DNA of 64,000 bases from an uncultured Verrucomicrobiae bacterium (lineage in GTDB: Bacteria > Verrucomicrobiota > Verrucomicrobiia > Limisphaerales > UBA11358), in the NCBI GenBank assembly GCA_963755515.1, contig CAVWKA010000002.1:10765-74764 (forward strand), read 5' to 3'. Shown piece after piece: positions 34,456 to 43,722 of the stretch. Under the pieces are notes generated by a model that was not told where the DNA came from, did not search any database, and saw only the letters and a list, made by a program, of their open reading frames with translations. How positions within the stretch are numbered: position 1 is the first letter of the stretch; each line of letters opens with the position of its first letter. The translations under genes were made by a program, and so were the position numbers.

Positions 34456-37400
34456 ATGAAGCGCCTCATTTTAATCACGGCCCTTTTTTTTCCGGCGTTG
34501 CGGGCGCCGGCCCAAAACAACGAAGTGCCCCGGTTGGCGCTGATCGCGGAATCGCCGGAGGCGTCCGCGGCCGTTGATATTCTCACGGCGCAACTTTCAT
34601 CGAATGACAAGGTCCGTTTGCTGGAACGCGATGAGATTGAGAAGGTGTATCAAGAGCAGGGCCTGTCGGCGGGCAATCGGGACGACTTGAAACTGGGCCG
34701 GTTGCTCGGCGCGGACGGGTTATTGTTGCTCGATGTAAAGATCATCGAGTCCAGTTCTCCGTTTGGACCCAGACCGGTGGAAACAAATCTGACCGCACGG
34801 CTGATCGCGGTGAAACCCGGGGTCATTTTGGATGACGAAAAGTTCCCGGTCGGCGATTTGGCGGGGTGGTCCCCGGGATATGCGACTCATTTGGATTCAT
34901 TCCTGCCAAAACTGGGCGTGGCAGCGGGGAACGCGATTCCCATTGCGGTGGTGAACCTGCGCTCGTCCGTTCAATCCGCCGACGAAGCGGAAACCGAAAG
35001 GGAACTAAAGGCATTGACGATTCAAAGGCTGAGCCGGGAACAGCAATTATTTGTACTGGAGCGGGAGCGGATGCAATTATTGGAGCGGGAAAAGGGATTA
35101 AATTCAGACGAATCGGCGTTTTGGGACGGCAGCTACCTCCTGGAGGGGACCGTGGACCAAAATGGTTATTCCGCGAGCACCATCACCATTGATGCCCGGT
35201 TGACGCCGCCGAAAGGCGGCGCGCCATTGTTGTTCGAAGTGCGCGGAGCGCGCACCAATCTGGTTGAGGTGATCAATCAATTGGCCGACAAGGTCGTCGC
35301 ACTTCTGAATGTGAAATCCGCCGCGCCGGAATGGAATGCCGCGGATGAGGCGTCGAAGTTTTTTGACGAGGCCAAATGGGCACTGCGGTGGAAATCATAT
35401 TCGGAAGCAGAGGCAGCGGCGGATTCGGCGTGGGCCTTGGGGAAGAGAGACATGGAATGCGCGCGAATACGGATAATGATCCGCCTCGAGGAGTTGCCTG
35501 AGGTTGTTCCGCCTGGCGATACAATTGGTTCATACTATGTAAGTATCAACGACCCGCCCAATGAGACGGATTGCGACACGGCGATTTCCGCCCTGGAAAG
35601 CTATTATGAATTTAGCCGGACCTCGGCAGAAGGCGTGCCCAAGATGTCTTTTCACGGCCCGGATTACGTTTTTCGCCAGCCGGATTGGTATCTTCTCGGC
35701 GTGGGTACGCTCGTGGCGGCTTCTGAAGTATTGCAGCATTATTATTTTAATCCGCGATCACGACCAGCCGTTGCCGAGAAATTGGCCAATTTGCGCGCCT
35801 TGACGCGTTCAGTTGCCGGATTGATTTCAGAATCACCGTCCGTGCATGACAGTTATTTCGTCGGGAATCGCACCATCGCGCCAGACCGATTATTGCAAAC
35901 TTTTTCACCGAGGTGGGTGTATGGTTTTTGGCAATTAGCTTATCCCAAGCTGGTCCCCAGTTTTTTTGAGTGTGCGGTCGAATGGGGTCCTTTCTGGCAG
36001 GAACGGCCGGAAGATGATCTCGAAGTTTACCGCGAATTGATGGCAAGTCCGCTGTTTTTTTGTCTCCACGATAACTTTTGGTCCAGAAACCAATACTGTC
36101 CGTGGCTCGTTGCCTGGAATGAGGAGGATCAAAAGCGCATTCCGGTGGTTTGGAGCGGCTTTATCAATGACATGAACGCATCCACGAATTACTTTTGGCG
36201 GTTCGAAGCAAAAGCTCTGGCTTGTGCCGAAGCTCGCGGCAAAGCCTGGGCGGGGGAAAGGCCTGCTTTTGCCGGCCTACCCCAATTTACTCCATCCGGG
36301 ATCTCTCCGGCGGGCGCTCAACTTGCCGATGCTGACGAAGGCTGGAAGGCAAGCCGCGAAGCGTTGCTTGATTTTATTTCGACAAATTATGATTCAATTG
36401 TGGACGATAACGGCAATCTTCCGCGGAATGATTGGAATATGGATTTTCTGCTCGGAGGGAAATCCGAATATGCTTCCAGATTTGCGGCAATCCAACAAAA
36501 CTTTCTCAACCAGCATGCCGACCGGGTGAAAGAAATCGAAAATCGGGAGGAGATTGAAGAACAAGAGGAATATCTGGCGCGTTTTACGCCGTACGACTGG
36601 AACACCTTTAACAAGGTCTTTTCATCACACGATTACACCAAGGAGCAGGCGGCCGAATTGGAGCCGCTGATTGCAGCCTATAAATCCAACCTCCTTGCCA
36701 GAGCCACCACCGAGAACGAAAAATTCACGGCAGGAAACAATGCGAAGTGGATGGATTTTTATTTGGGAAGCTCGATCCGCGAGGCCCTGAATCCACCGGC
36801 ACACCCGATGCCGTCGCCAACATTCTCGCCGGCGAAAATCACCGCTCCAACTTTGGGGAGGCCAATACGGCCGGTTGCTTCCGCCGTCCCCAATGGGATG
36901 ATTGTTTCAAAGTCGCCGCCGGAAATTCCGACGAACATCGTGACCGTAACGAAATTTCTGCCAATTCCATACAATCAGTTAAGCAACAACGGCAAGGGCA
37001 TACAGATCTTCGCGGAACGTTGGAGCGAAGGAAAACTTTTGGCCGGCCTGGAATACCATCAATACCGCAGTGGCTTTGACATGAATCGAAATTGGACGAC
37101 CGCCAATATAACGCTGTCCGCCATCGCAATTTTGAATCCAACCAATCAAAGTTGGGATTTTATCGGATGTCCCGAGTCACCCGGGGCCGACATGGGATTA
37201 CGAGTGCTGGAAAACGACACTGAGCGATTGATACTGTTTCGAGGCAATTTATATTCATGCCTGGACGGACCTCTTCAGGAATTCGACTTTCGGACGCAAA
37301 GTTGGCGCATGCTGGAAGCTCCCGGAGCCGACAAGTCGTTTTTATTCGCGTTAAACGATCATTTGTATGCCGCCAATGACAACGCAATTTTCGAGATCGC

Positions 37401-38262
37401 CGATAGCGGGAACACGCGCATCATGGCCAGCACGCGCCGCCGCCCGGCAATCACAACACTCGATTCGTTGGACAACTTCCGTGCCGTGCAAATGTTTGCC
37501 GGTCCCGATCAATCCGTTTGCGCGAGCATCGGGCAAAAAATTTATCGTTGGGATGGAGACGATTGGCGCGAAATTTTAACCGCAAACGCCTCCGAGCCGC
37601 CGGACATTTTTGATGAAGCGGTCGTTTTTCGCGACCTTCCTTCGTTCAATTCGGACGAGCCGGAACGATTATGGATTTGGACCAAAAGCGATGCTCCACC
37701 TGAACTGGCTCTGGCGGGCAAATCAAGACCCCATCCAAACATCATCAACCCGTATTGGCAGCCACCGGATCATCAGAACTTGCGCCCACTCTGGAAATCA
37801 CCGGATGAGGATTTTTTGGCCGTTTCTCCCGCCGCATTTTATCAGACCAATCTTTATTTCTTCATTAATCACGCCGACATCAGGAATGTCAACGGGGAGC
37901 GGATGGTCATGGAAAAAGACGGTTATCACACCCAATTGATTTGTTTAAGCCCTGATTTCAACGAGCCAATCGTAATTCCGTTGAGATTTGATGCAAGCCA
38001 GGGCCAGGCACCATCAAACCTGTCGGGGGAGCCGGCCACACCGTGGCTGGCGAAGGATAGGATGTTCCTTGATACGACGGCGTATTTTTCCGACGGCCAG
38101 TTATTTTTCAGCCAACGAAGTATTGCCGGAGTCTGGTCAATTCCCATTTCAGAACTTCAATCGGCTATTGCGGCCCGGAAGCAAGTTCAGCCCGGTCAAG
38201 TGGTTCGGGCGAGAGCGGCAGCAGAATCGAATGATGAAACGGCCGCCCAAGACCACCAATGA
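34456..38262 (+). CDS. large secreted hypothetical protein (1268 aa) with N-terminal CsgG/LpoB-like domain
   Basis: Start trimmed to ATG 34456 (signal peptide MKRLILITALFFPALRAPAQ). PRLALIAE..AAVDILTAQLSSNDKVRLLERDEIEKVYQEQGLS resembles the N-domain of the CsgG-like lipoprotein at 39157. Kelch/beta-propeller-like segments occur near aa 900-1000. The rest is unassigned. Confidence 0.75.
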   Translation: MKRLILITALFFPALRAPAQNNEVPRLALIAESPEASAAVDILTAQLSSNDKVRLLERDEIEKVYQEQGLSAGNRDDLKLGRLLGADGLLLLDVKIIESSSPFGPRPVETNLTARLIAVKPGVILDDEKFPVGDLAGWSPGYATHLDSFLPKLGVAAGNAIPIAVVNLRSSVQSADEAETERELKALTIQRLSREQQLFVLERERMQLLEREKGLNSDESAFWDGSYLLEGTVDQNGYSASTITIDARLTPPKGGAPLLFEVRGARTNLVEVINQLADKVVALLNVKSAAPEWNAADEASKFFDEAKWALRWKSYSEAEAAADSAWALGKRDMECARIRIMIRLEELPEVVPPGDTIGSYYVSINDPPNETDCDTAISALESYYEFSRTSAEGVPKMSFHGPDYVFRQPDWYLLGVGTLVAASEVLQHYYFNPRSRPAVAEKLANLRALTRSVAGLISESPSVHDSYFVGNRTIAPDRLLQTFSPRWVYGFWQLAYPKLVPSFFECAVEWGPFWQERPEDDLEVYRELMASPLFFCLHDNFWSRNQYCPWLVAWNEEDQKRIPVVWSGFINDMNASTNYFWRFEAKALACAEARGKAWAGERPAFAGLPQFTPSGISPAGAQLADADEGWKASREALLDFISTNYDSIVDDNGNLPRNDWNMDFLLGGKSEYASRFAAIQQNFLNQHADRVKEIENREEIEEQEEYLARFTPYDWNTFNKVFSSHDYTKEQAAELEPLIAAYKSNLLARATTENEKFTAGNNAKWMDFYLGSSIREALNPPAHPMPSPTFSPAKITAPTLGRPIRPVASAVPNGMIVSKSPPEIPTNIVTVTKFLPIPYNQLSNNGKGIQIFAERWSEGKLLAGLEYHQYRSGFDMNRNWTTANITLSAIAILNPTNQSWDFIGCPESPGADMGLRVLENDTERLILFRGNLYSCLDGPLQEFDFRTQSWRMLEAPGADKSFLFALNDHLYAANDNAIFEIADSGNTRIMASTRRRPAITTLDSLDNFRAVQMFAGPDQSVCASIGQKIYRWDGDDWREILTANASEPPDIFDEAVVFRDLPSFNSDEPERLWIWTKSDAPPELALAGKSRPHPNIINPYWQPPDHQNLRPLWKSPDEDFLAVSPAAFYQTNLYFFINHADIRNVNGERMVMEKDGYHTQLICLSPDFNEPIVIPLRFDASQGQAPSNLSGEPATPWLAKDRMFLDTTAYFSDGQLFFSQRSIAGVWSIPISELQSAIAARKQVQPGQVVRARAAAESNDETAAQDHQ

Positions 38263-38309
38263 AGATATTCGTCAAAGAATTCAGGCGGCCAAATTGTCTG
38301 ATATATCGA

Positions 38310-39152
38310 ATGAAACGGCTTGTCAGCCTATGCCTCTTATTACTGGCCGGGCATCTGGACGGCGCAGTCGGAAGCACAACTCCAACTGGCCGTTTCCGGC
38401 GAACCGCAGGTGATTTTCCCCGGCAAATCGCGGATCATCTCCGTGGCTTTCAGTAATCCAGCGCAAAGCGATTTTGCCGGTGAAATCCGTGCGCGGGTTT
38501 ATCAAGCGTCGTCGGCGACCACATTCCTTTTCTCCGATGCGCCCTGGAAAAACGTTGCCGTGCCGGCGGAGAAACCGTTCTGGAAACCGCTGCTTTGGAT
38601 TTTCCACGGGTGAACGCGAAAACCAGATTTCTGGTTCAATGGCTGGAAGATACCAACCTCATAATCGGCACGACATCGGTACTGGTTTATCCAACCAATC
38701 TATTTCAAATGCTGCCGTCGCTCCGCCAAAATGATTTTGGGGTCCTGGATCCCGACGCCCGGCTCAAGCCGCTGTTGAAAGCAGCAGAGATTCCGTTCGT
38801 GGATCTCGGCGAGATGGCGTTGACAAATTTTTCGGGCAAATTGGCGATTATCGGTCCATTCGATTCCAAAGACCGGGAGCCGGATGGAATCGCGAATCGA
38901 ATATCGGCCATTGCCAAAGATGACGTGGCGGTGGTATGGATTCAGCCGCCGCAAGATGAAAACGACAAACTTCAACCTTCCTTCTATTCCGTATGGAAAG
39001 GCCGTGCCCCCGTTGTTGTGGCACAGGCGAAACTGGTCTCGGATTTGGCTGAAAACCCGCAATCACAACTCAACCTGATTTGTCTCTGCCAAGAGGCATT
39101 AAATCCCCAACCGGCGCTTTTGCCCGGCTCGGAACCGCAACCGTGGAATTGA
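38310..39152 (+). pseudogene. secreted hypothetical protein read in three segments (frame 3, then frame 1, then frame 3)
   Basis: Signal peptide MKRLVSLCLLLLAGHLDGA is in frame 3 from ATG 38310. The protein-like middle part AQSEAQLQLAVSGEPQVIFPGKSRIISVAFSNP...NVAVPA is in frame 1. The continuation GETVLETAALDFPRVNAKTRFLVQWLED... returns to frame 3 and runs to stop 39152. Frame 3 has a stop at 38454. Confidence 0.5.
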
Positions 39153-39156
39153 AATT

Positions 39157-40089
39157 ATGAAAACATACTTAAAACTTGGTTTGCTGATCGCGCTCACCGT
39201 GTGCGCTTCGAAGACCTTCGCCGACAACAACCCGGTTCTCACGGTCGCCGTCTTCGATTTCAGTTCCAGCGACGAATCCGTGCGCGACCTGGGACCAAAA
39301 GTCGCCACACTTGTTAACGCCAATCTTTCCGCCGATCCGAATATTATCACGGTGGAAAGGGCGGACCTCGGGAAGGTCCTCGGTGAACAAGAACTGGGGT
39401 TGTCGGGGACCGTTTCACCCGATACGGCCGCGAAGGTGGGACAGTTGACGGGGGCCAAGGTCCTCGTTACCGGACGGGTGTTCGAGGCAGACAACCAGCT
39501 TTTTATCGTCGCCAAAGTGATTGGCACGGAAACCAGCCGAGTGTATGGCGAATTGGTATCCGGTCCGACGGAAGGTTCGCTGGGTGATTTATCGGCCAAA
39601 CTGGCGCAGAAAGTTGCCGCGGACGTGGAACAGAAAGGCGAGACGTTGGTCGCCAAAGTAAAGACGCACGACGATTATGTGGCGGAGATCAAGAAGCAAC
39701 TGGGCGATAAGAAACTGCCCGTAGTTTCCGTGAAGATTTCCGAACAGCATTTTGGCCAATATATCTTTGACCCCGCGGCACAAACCGAGATCTTGCTGCT
39801 CTTGCGACAAAGCGGCTTCGAGGTAGTGGATGAGCTTTCCACGAACCGGCCGGACATTTCGATCACCGGCGAAGCCGTGAGCGAATTCGGCATGCAAAAG
39901 GGGAATCTTAAAAGTTGCCGGGCGCGGATTGAAGTCACTGCTCACGACGTTGCCAGCGGCAAAGTCCTAGCCGTTGACCGGCAAACCGGCGTTGCGGTGG
40001 ATTTGGCGGAGCATATCGCGGCAAAGACCGCCTTGCAAAATGTCGCGGACGAATTGTCCGTGCGACTGCTCCCCGAACTGGCGCAATGA
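39157..40089 (+). CDS. CsgG-like periplasmic/OM lipoprotein
   Basis: Lipoprotein-type signal (LLIALTVCAS). VLTVAVFDFSSSDESVRDLGPKVATLVNANLSADPNIITVERADLGKVLGEQELGLSG..AKVGQLTGAKVLVTGRV matches the CsgG/FlgO/LpoB-type domain pattern. Confidence 0.7.
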   Translation: MKTYLKLGLLIALTVCASKTFADNNPVLTVAVFDFSSSDESVRDLGPKVATLVNANLSADPNIITVERADLGKVLGEQELGLSGTVSPDTAAKVGQLTGAKVLVTGRVFEADNQLFIVAKVIGTETSRVYGELVSGPTEGSLGDLSAKLAQKVAADVEQKGETLVAKVKTHDDYVAEIKKQLGDKKLPVVSVKISEQHFGQYIFDPAAQTEILLLLRQSGFEVVDELSTNRPDISITGEAVSEFGMQKGNLKSCRARIEVTAHDVASGKVLAVDRQTGVAVDLAEHIAAKTALQNVADELSVRLLPELAQ

Positions 40090-40163
40090 AAATTTTCATG
40101 CGGGCATAGTGACATGCGGCAGCTTGACGATGCAGGGAATCGGATTGTTGTGGGCCGGAGTGG

Positions 40164-40745
40164 TTGCGTTATAGTGTGGCCGTGAGCGATATCACCGTGG
40201 TTCTTGAGCGGGCGGAGAAGGGGGACCCAAAGGCCGCCGGCGAATTGTTGCCGCTGGTTTACGATGAGCTGCGCCGGTTGGCCGCACATCGGCTGGCCGG
40301 GGAACCGAACCAGCACACCTTGCAGCCGACGGCGCTGGTCCACGAAGCCTGGCTCAAGATTTCCAACGACGAGAAACGCAATTGGAATGGGCGGCAACAT
40401 TTCTTTGCCGCCGCGGCCGAGTCAATGCGCCACATTCTGGTGGACCGCGCGCGGCGCCGGCTGGCGGCGAAACGGGGCGCCGGCGAAACGCCGCTCGATG
40501 CGGATGATTTCGACCTTCCCGCGCCCGCGCCGGACGATCAGTTGCTGATGGTGAACGACGCGGTGGAGAAATTCGGCGCCGTGGACGCGCGCAAGGCCGA
40601 ACTGGTCAAGCTGCGTTACTTCGTGGGCATGTCGTTTGAAGAAGTGGCCGAAGCGTTGGGCATTGCGGTGCCGACTGCGAAACAGTGGTGGGCCTATGCG
40701 CGGGCGTGGCTGCGGGTGGAGATGGGCGGGCGAATCGAAACGTAG
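40164..40745 (+). CDS. ECF sigma factor of the kinase-associated type (ECF43-like, Sigma70_ECF family)
   Basis: ITVVLERAEKGDPKAAGELLPLVYDELRRLAAHRLAGEPNQHTLQPTALVHEAWLKI and the C-terminal KAELVKLRYFVGMSFEEVAEALGIAVPTAKQWWAYARAWL are characteristic. The start may be GTG 40182 rather than TTG 40164. Confidence 0.85.
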   Translation: MRYSVAVSDITVVLERAEKGDPKAAGELLPLVYDELRRLAAHRLAGEPNQHTLQPTALVHEAWLKISNDEKRNWNGRQHFFAAAAESMRHILVDRARRRLAAKRGAGETPLDADDFDLPAPAPDDQLLMVNDAVEKFGAVDARKAELVKLRYFVGMSFEEVAEALGIAVPTAKQWWAYARAWLRVEMGGRIET

Positions 40746-40896
40746 CGGCGGGCCTCCGGGCCTGCCGTAGAGGGCGGCATCCTGCCGCCTGGAAAAACCG
40801 TCCACATTTCGTGAGTGACCCTATTTTGAATGGCTTTCCCGACAACCACGTTTTTTCCGCCGGGCTGGAAGCCCCGGCTCCACGTCAGCCAAGATG

Positions 40897-41177
40897 GCTA
40901 ACAGCCGGTTAAAAAACCATAGACACCGCCGCTGAGAGGATTTTTGGTTTTGAGCGCGGAGCGACGAAGGAGGCTAGCCGTAGCGCTCTGTGACCGAGGA
41001 GCGACCAAGCGCAAAACCAAAAAGGCCTCAGCCCGAAGGGATTCATCGAAAACCGGGCGGCGACTTCGTTGCTCCCCAGTCGAAGATCCACAAGGGATAT
41101 TCTCCTTCGTCGCGCCTCATCGGCGCCCGGTTTTGGATGAAACGGCGGTATCCATAGTTTTTTAACGGGCTGCTAAC
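40897..41177. mobile_element. MITE-like 281-bp element with approximately 35-bp terminal inverted repeats and nested internal hairpins
   Basis: Left end GCTAACAGCCGGTTAAAAAACCATAGACACCGCCG versus right end CGGCGGTATCCATAGTTTTTTAACGGGCTGCTAAC (29/35 complementary). Internal pairs: TTTTTGGTTTTGAGCGC/GCGCAAAACCAAAAA, TCATCGAAAACCGGGCG/CGCCCGGTTTTGGATGA and GGAGCGACGAAGGAG/CTCCTTCGTCGCGCC. No coding capacity. Confidence 0.5.
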
Positions 41178-41211
41178 GCGACATCATCGGGCGGCGTGAG
41201 TTGTGGCCGGG

Positions 41212-41430
41212 CTACGCCTGTTTTCCTTTCGGCACGTGCGTATCCCAGGTGCGTCCCGATTCCGGCTGGACCTGGGTGAAGCCCATGCCGGGCGGCGGAT
41301 TGGGAATTCGGATGAGATGCTGGCAGGCCGGGCATTGAATCTGCCGCCCGCCGAACCGGGCTTCGCACTGCAACGGCTGGTCGCAGTGCGGACAATAAAA
41401 CTTGAATTCAGTTGTGTTCATACGATTCAT
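41212..41430 (-). CDS. small zinc-ribbon protein
   Basis: About 72 aa from ATG 41430 (alternative 41421): FYCPHCDQPLQCEARFGGRQIQCPACQHLIRIP, a CxxC..CxxC ribbon with a Pro-rich tail. Confidence 0.55.
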   Translation of the reverse strand: MNRMNTTEFKFYCPHCDQPLQCEARFGGRQIQCPACQHLIRIPNPPPGMGFTQVQPESGRTWDTHVPKGKQA

Positions 41431-41523
41431 CAGATTCCATACTCTCAAGCGTAATCCGGGGGCAAAAGGGATGTCGAATTTTTTCAGATACTTTTTGCCG
41501 GCCAATTGCGCTTAATCATTTGG

Positions 41524-43722
41524 ATGAATGAAGGGGACCACAACGTGAAGCCAGACAACCAACGCGAGGCGGCGCTCTTTCAGGCCGCTGCCCAACTCAC
41601 GGGTTCCGCCCGCGGGGCGTTTCTGGACAGCGCCTGTCGCGACGACGCGGCCCTGCGTCAGCGGCTGGAAGCCCTGCTGGGCGCGCATGAGCAAGCTGGG
41701 GGTGTCCTGGCCGAGCCTGCGCCCGCGGCCAAGGGGACGATGAAAGTTGAGTTGGCGGTTGTTCCAGACGAATCCATCGGTCAGAAGATCGGGCGCTACA
41801 AAGTCCTTCAGAAAATCGGGGAGGGCGGTTGCGGGGCGGTCTATATGGCGGAGCAACAGGAGCCGGTGCGCCGCCGCGTGGCGCTTAAAGTGATCAAGCT
41901 GGGCATGGACACGAAGGCGGTGATCGCCCGATTCGAGGCGGAGCGGCAGGCATTGGCATTGATGGACCATCCGAACATTGCGAAGGTGCTCGATGCCGGC
42001 TCGACCGAGAGCGGTCGGCCATTTTTCGTGATGGAACTGGTGCGCGGGATCAAGCTCACCGAGTATTGCGATCAGAACCAACTGGATACGCGCACGCGCC
42101 TGGAATTGTTCATCCAGATTTGCCAGGCCATTCAGCACGCGCACCAGAAAGGCATCATCCATCGGGACATCAAGCCGTCGAACATTCTGGTGACGATGCA
42201 CGACGGGGTGGCGGTGCCCAAGGTGATTGATTTTGGGATAGCCAAGGCGACGACGGATCAACGGCTGACAGACAAGACGCTGTTCACGGCCTATGAACAG
42301 TTCATCGGCACACCGGCATACATGAGTCCGGAGCAGGCGGAGATGAGCGGGCTGGACGTGGACACGCGCAGCGACATCTACAGCCTGGGCGTGCTGCTTT
42401 ACGAGTTGCTGACGGGGAAGACGCCATTCGATCCGAAAGAACTGATGGAGTCCGGACTGGATGCAATGCGAAAGACGATTCGGGAGAAGGACCCAGTTCG
42501 GCCCAGCACCAAGCTGGCGACATTAGAGGGCGAGGAACGCACGACCACGGCGAAGCGCCGTTCGGTGGAGATCTCAAAACTTGCGAAGTTGTTGTCGGGG
42601 GATTTGGACTGGATTGTAATGAAATGTCTGGAGAAGGACCGGACGCGGCGTTACGACACGGCCAACGGGTTGGCCGCCGACCTCAGGCGGCATCTCAACA
42701 ACGAGCCGGTGGTTGCGTGCCCGCCGAGCGCCGCCTACAAGTTTCGAAAAGCCCTTCGGCGGAACAAGCTCGTGTTTACCGCGGCGGCGGCGGTGACGGC
42801 GGCGCTGGTGTTGGGGATCATTGCCAGCACCTGGCAGTCGGCGCGGGCAATTCACGCCAAACGGGAGGCTGAAGCCGCGGAAGCACAAGCCATTCAGGCG
42901 CAAGCCAACGAAACCAAACAGCGGCTGCTCGCTGAGCAGGAAGCCGCGCAGGCCGAACAGGCCAAAGAAATTGCCGACCATGAATCCATTGCCGCGCGGC
43001 GGACGGCGGGCGAGTCCGATGCCCGTTACCTGCTCCAGCAACGGCTTCTTCCCGCGGCGCTCGCCAAAGCGACTGAAGCATACAAACTCGGAGGCGAATG
43101 GGAGGATGGCCTGCTCATTGACGATATTGCCCGTGCCGCCCGCCAAACCTGGGTGCTGGCCGCCCGCGTGCCGTTGAGCGAACCGGCAAAGATGGCTTGC
43201 GTGGCTCGGATCAACGAGGAGGAGTGCGTGGTTTTGTGCGGAGCCGGCGGCCTTCGCGTCGTGGACGCCCGGAATGGCGCCACTCTTGGCGCGGCACCTT
43301 TTGCGGGACAAGTCCAGTATTTGTTTCCGGGTTCAAGTTCCAATTCCGTGGTTGCCGTTTCTGATTCCTCGGTTTCGGTTCTTTCTTTGCCGTCGCTCGC
43401 GGTTACAGCAACAAAGTCGGTCCCAAGTTCGATCAGCTTTGCGACGGCCACAGGCAACAGCCTCTTGCTGTTGCTCAACAGCCACGAGGTATGCCTTTAT
43501 GATCTTTCCAGCCTGTCGAATGTCGCTTCCTTCAACTGGGACCAGAATCCGGGCACGAAAGGATTTCAACTGCCGCGTCACGGCTGCGTTTCCCCCGACG
43601 GCAAACTCGTGCTGCTTCATGGCGGGAGCTGGGTGAATCCGGTGATTTTCTGGGACCGGCGAAGCGACCCGGCGAGCCTTCACGGTACTGAAGATACACC
43701 TGCAGGAGTTTCAATTTATTGA
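41524..43722 (+). CDS. Ser/Thr protein kinase, membrane-anchored, paralogue 1 (N-terminal domain + kinase + TM + coiled coil + start of beta-propeller); reading frame breaks near 43650-43700
   Basis: [37 protein letters not shown] and [34 protein letters not shown]. Start taken at ATG 41524; the track ORF begins at TTG 41506. Confidence 0.85.
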   Translation: MNEGDHNVKPDNQREAALFQAAAQLTGSARGAFLDSACRDDAALRQRLEALLGAHEQAGGVLAEPAPAAKGTMKVELAVVPDESIGQKIGRYKVLQKIGEGGCGAVYMAEQQEPVRRRVALKVIKLGMDTKAVIARFEAERQALALMDHPNIAKVLDAGSTESGRPFFVMELVRGIKLTEYCDQNQLDTRTRLELFIQICQAIQHAHQKGIIHRDIKPSNILVTMHDGVAVPKVIDFGIAKATTDQRLTDKTLFTAYEQFIGTPAYMSPEQAEMSGLDVDTRSDIYSLGVLLYELLTGKTPFDPKELMESGLDAMRKTIREKDPVRPSTKLATLEGEERTTTAKRRSVEISKLAKLLSGDLDWIVMKCLEKDRTRRYDTANGLAADLRRHLNNEPVVACPPSAAYKFRKALRRNKLVFTAAAAVTAALVLGIIASTWQSARAIHAKREAEAAEAQAIQAQANETKQRLLAEQEAAQAEQAKEIADHESIAARRTAGESDARYLLQQRLLPAALAKATEAYKLGGEWEDGLLIDDIARAARQTWVLAARVPLSEPAKMACVARINEEECVVLCGAGGLRVVDARNGATLGAAPFAGQVQYLFPGSSSNSVVAVSDSSVSVLSLPSLAVTATKSVPSSISFATATGNSLLLLLNSHEVCLYDLSSLSNVASFNWDQNPGTKGFQLPRHGCVSPDGKLVLLHGGSWVNPVIFWDRRSDPASLHGTEDTPAGVSIY

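Noticed and set aside
41512-42261. 249-aa minus-strand ORF (and the equivalent 45574..46272)
   Set aside because: It is antisense to the kinase catalytic domains, which carry every canonical Hanks motif on the + strand.
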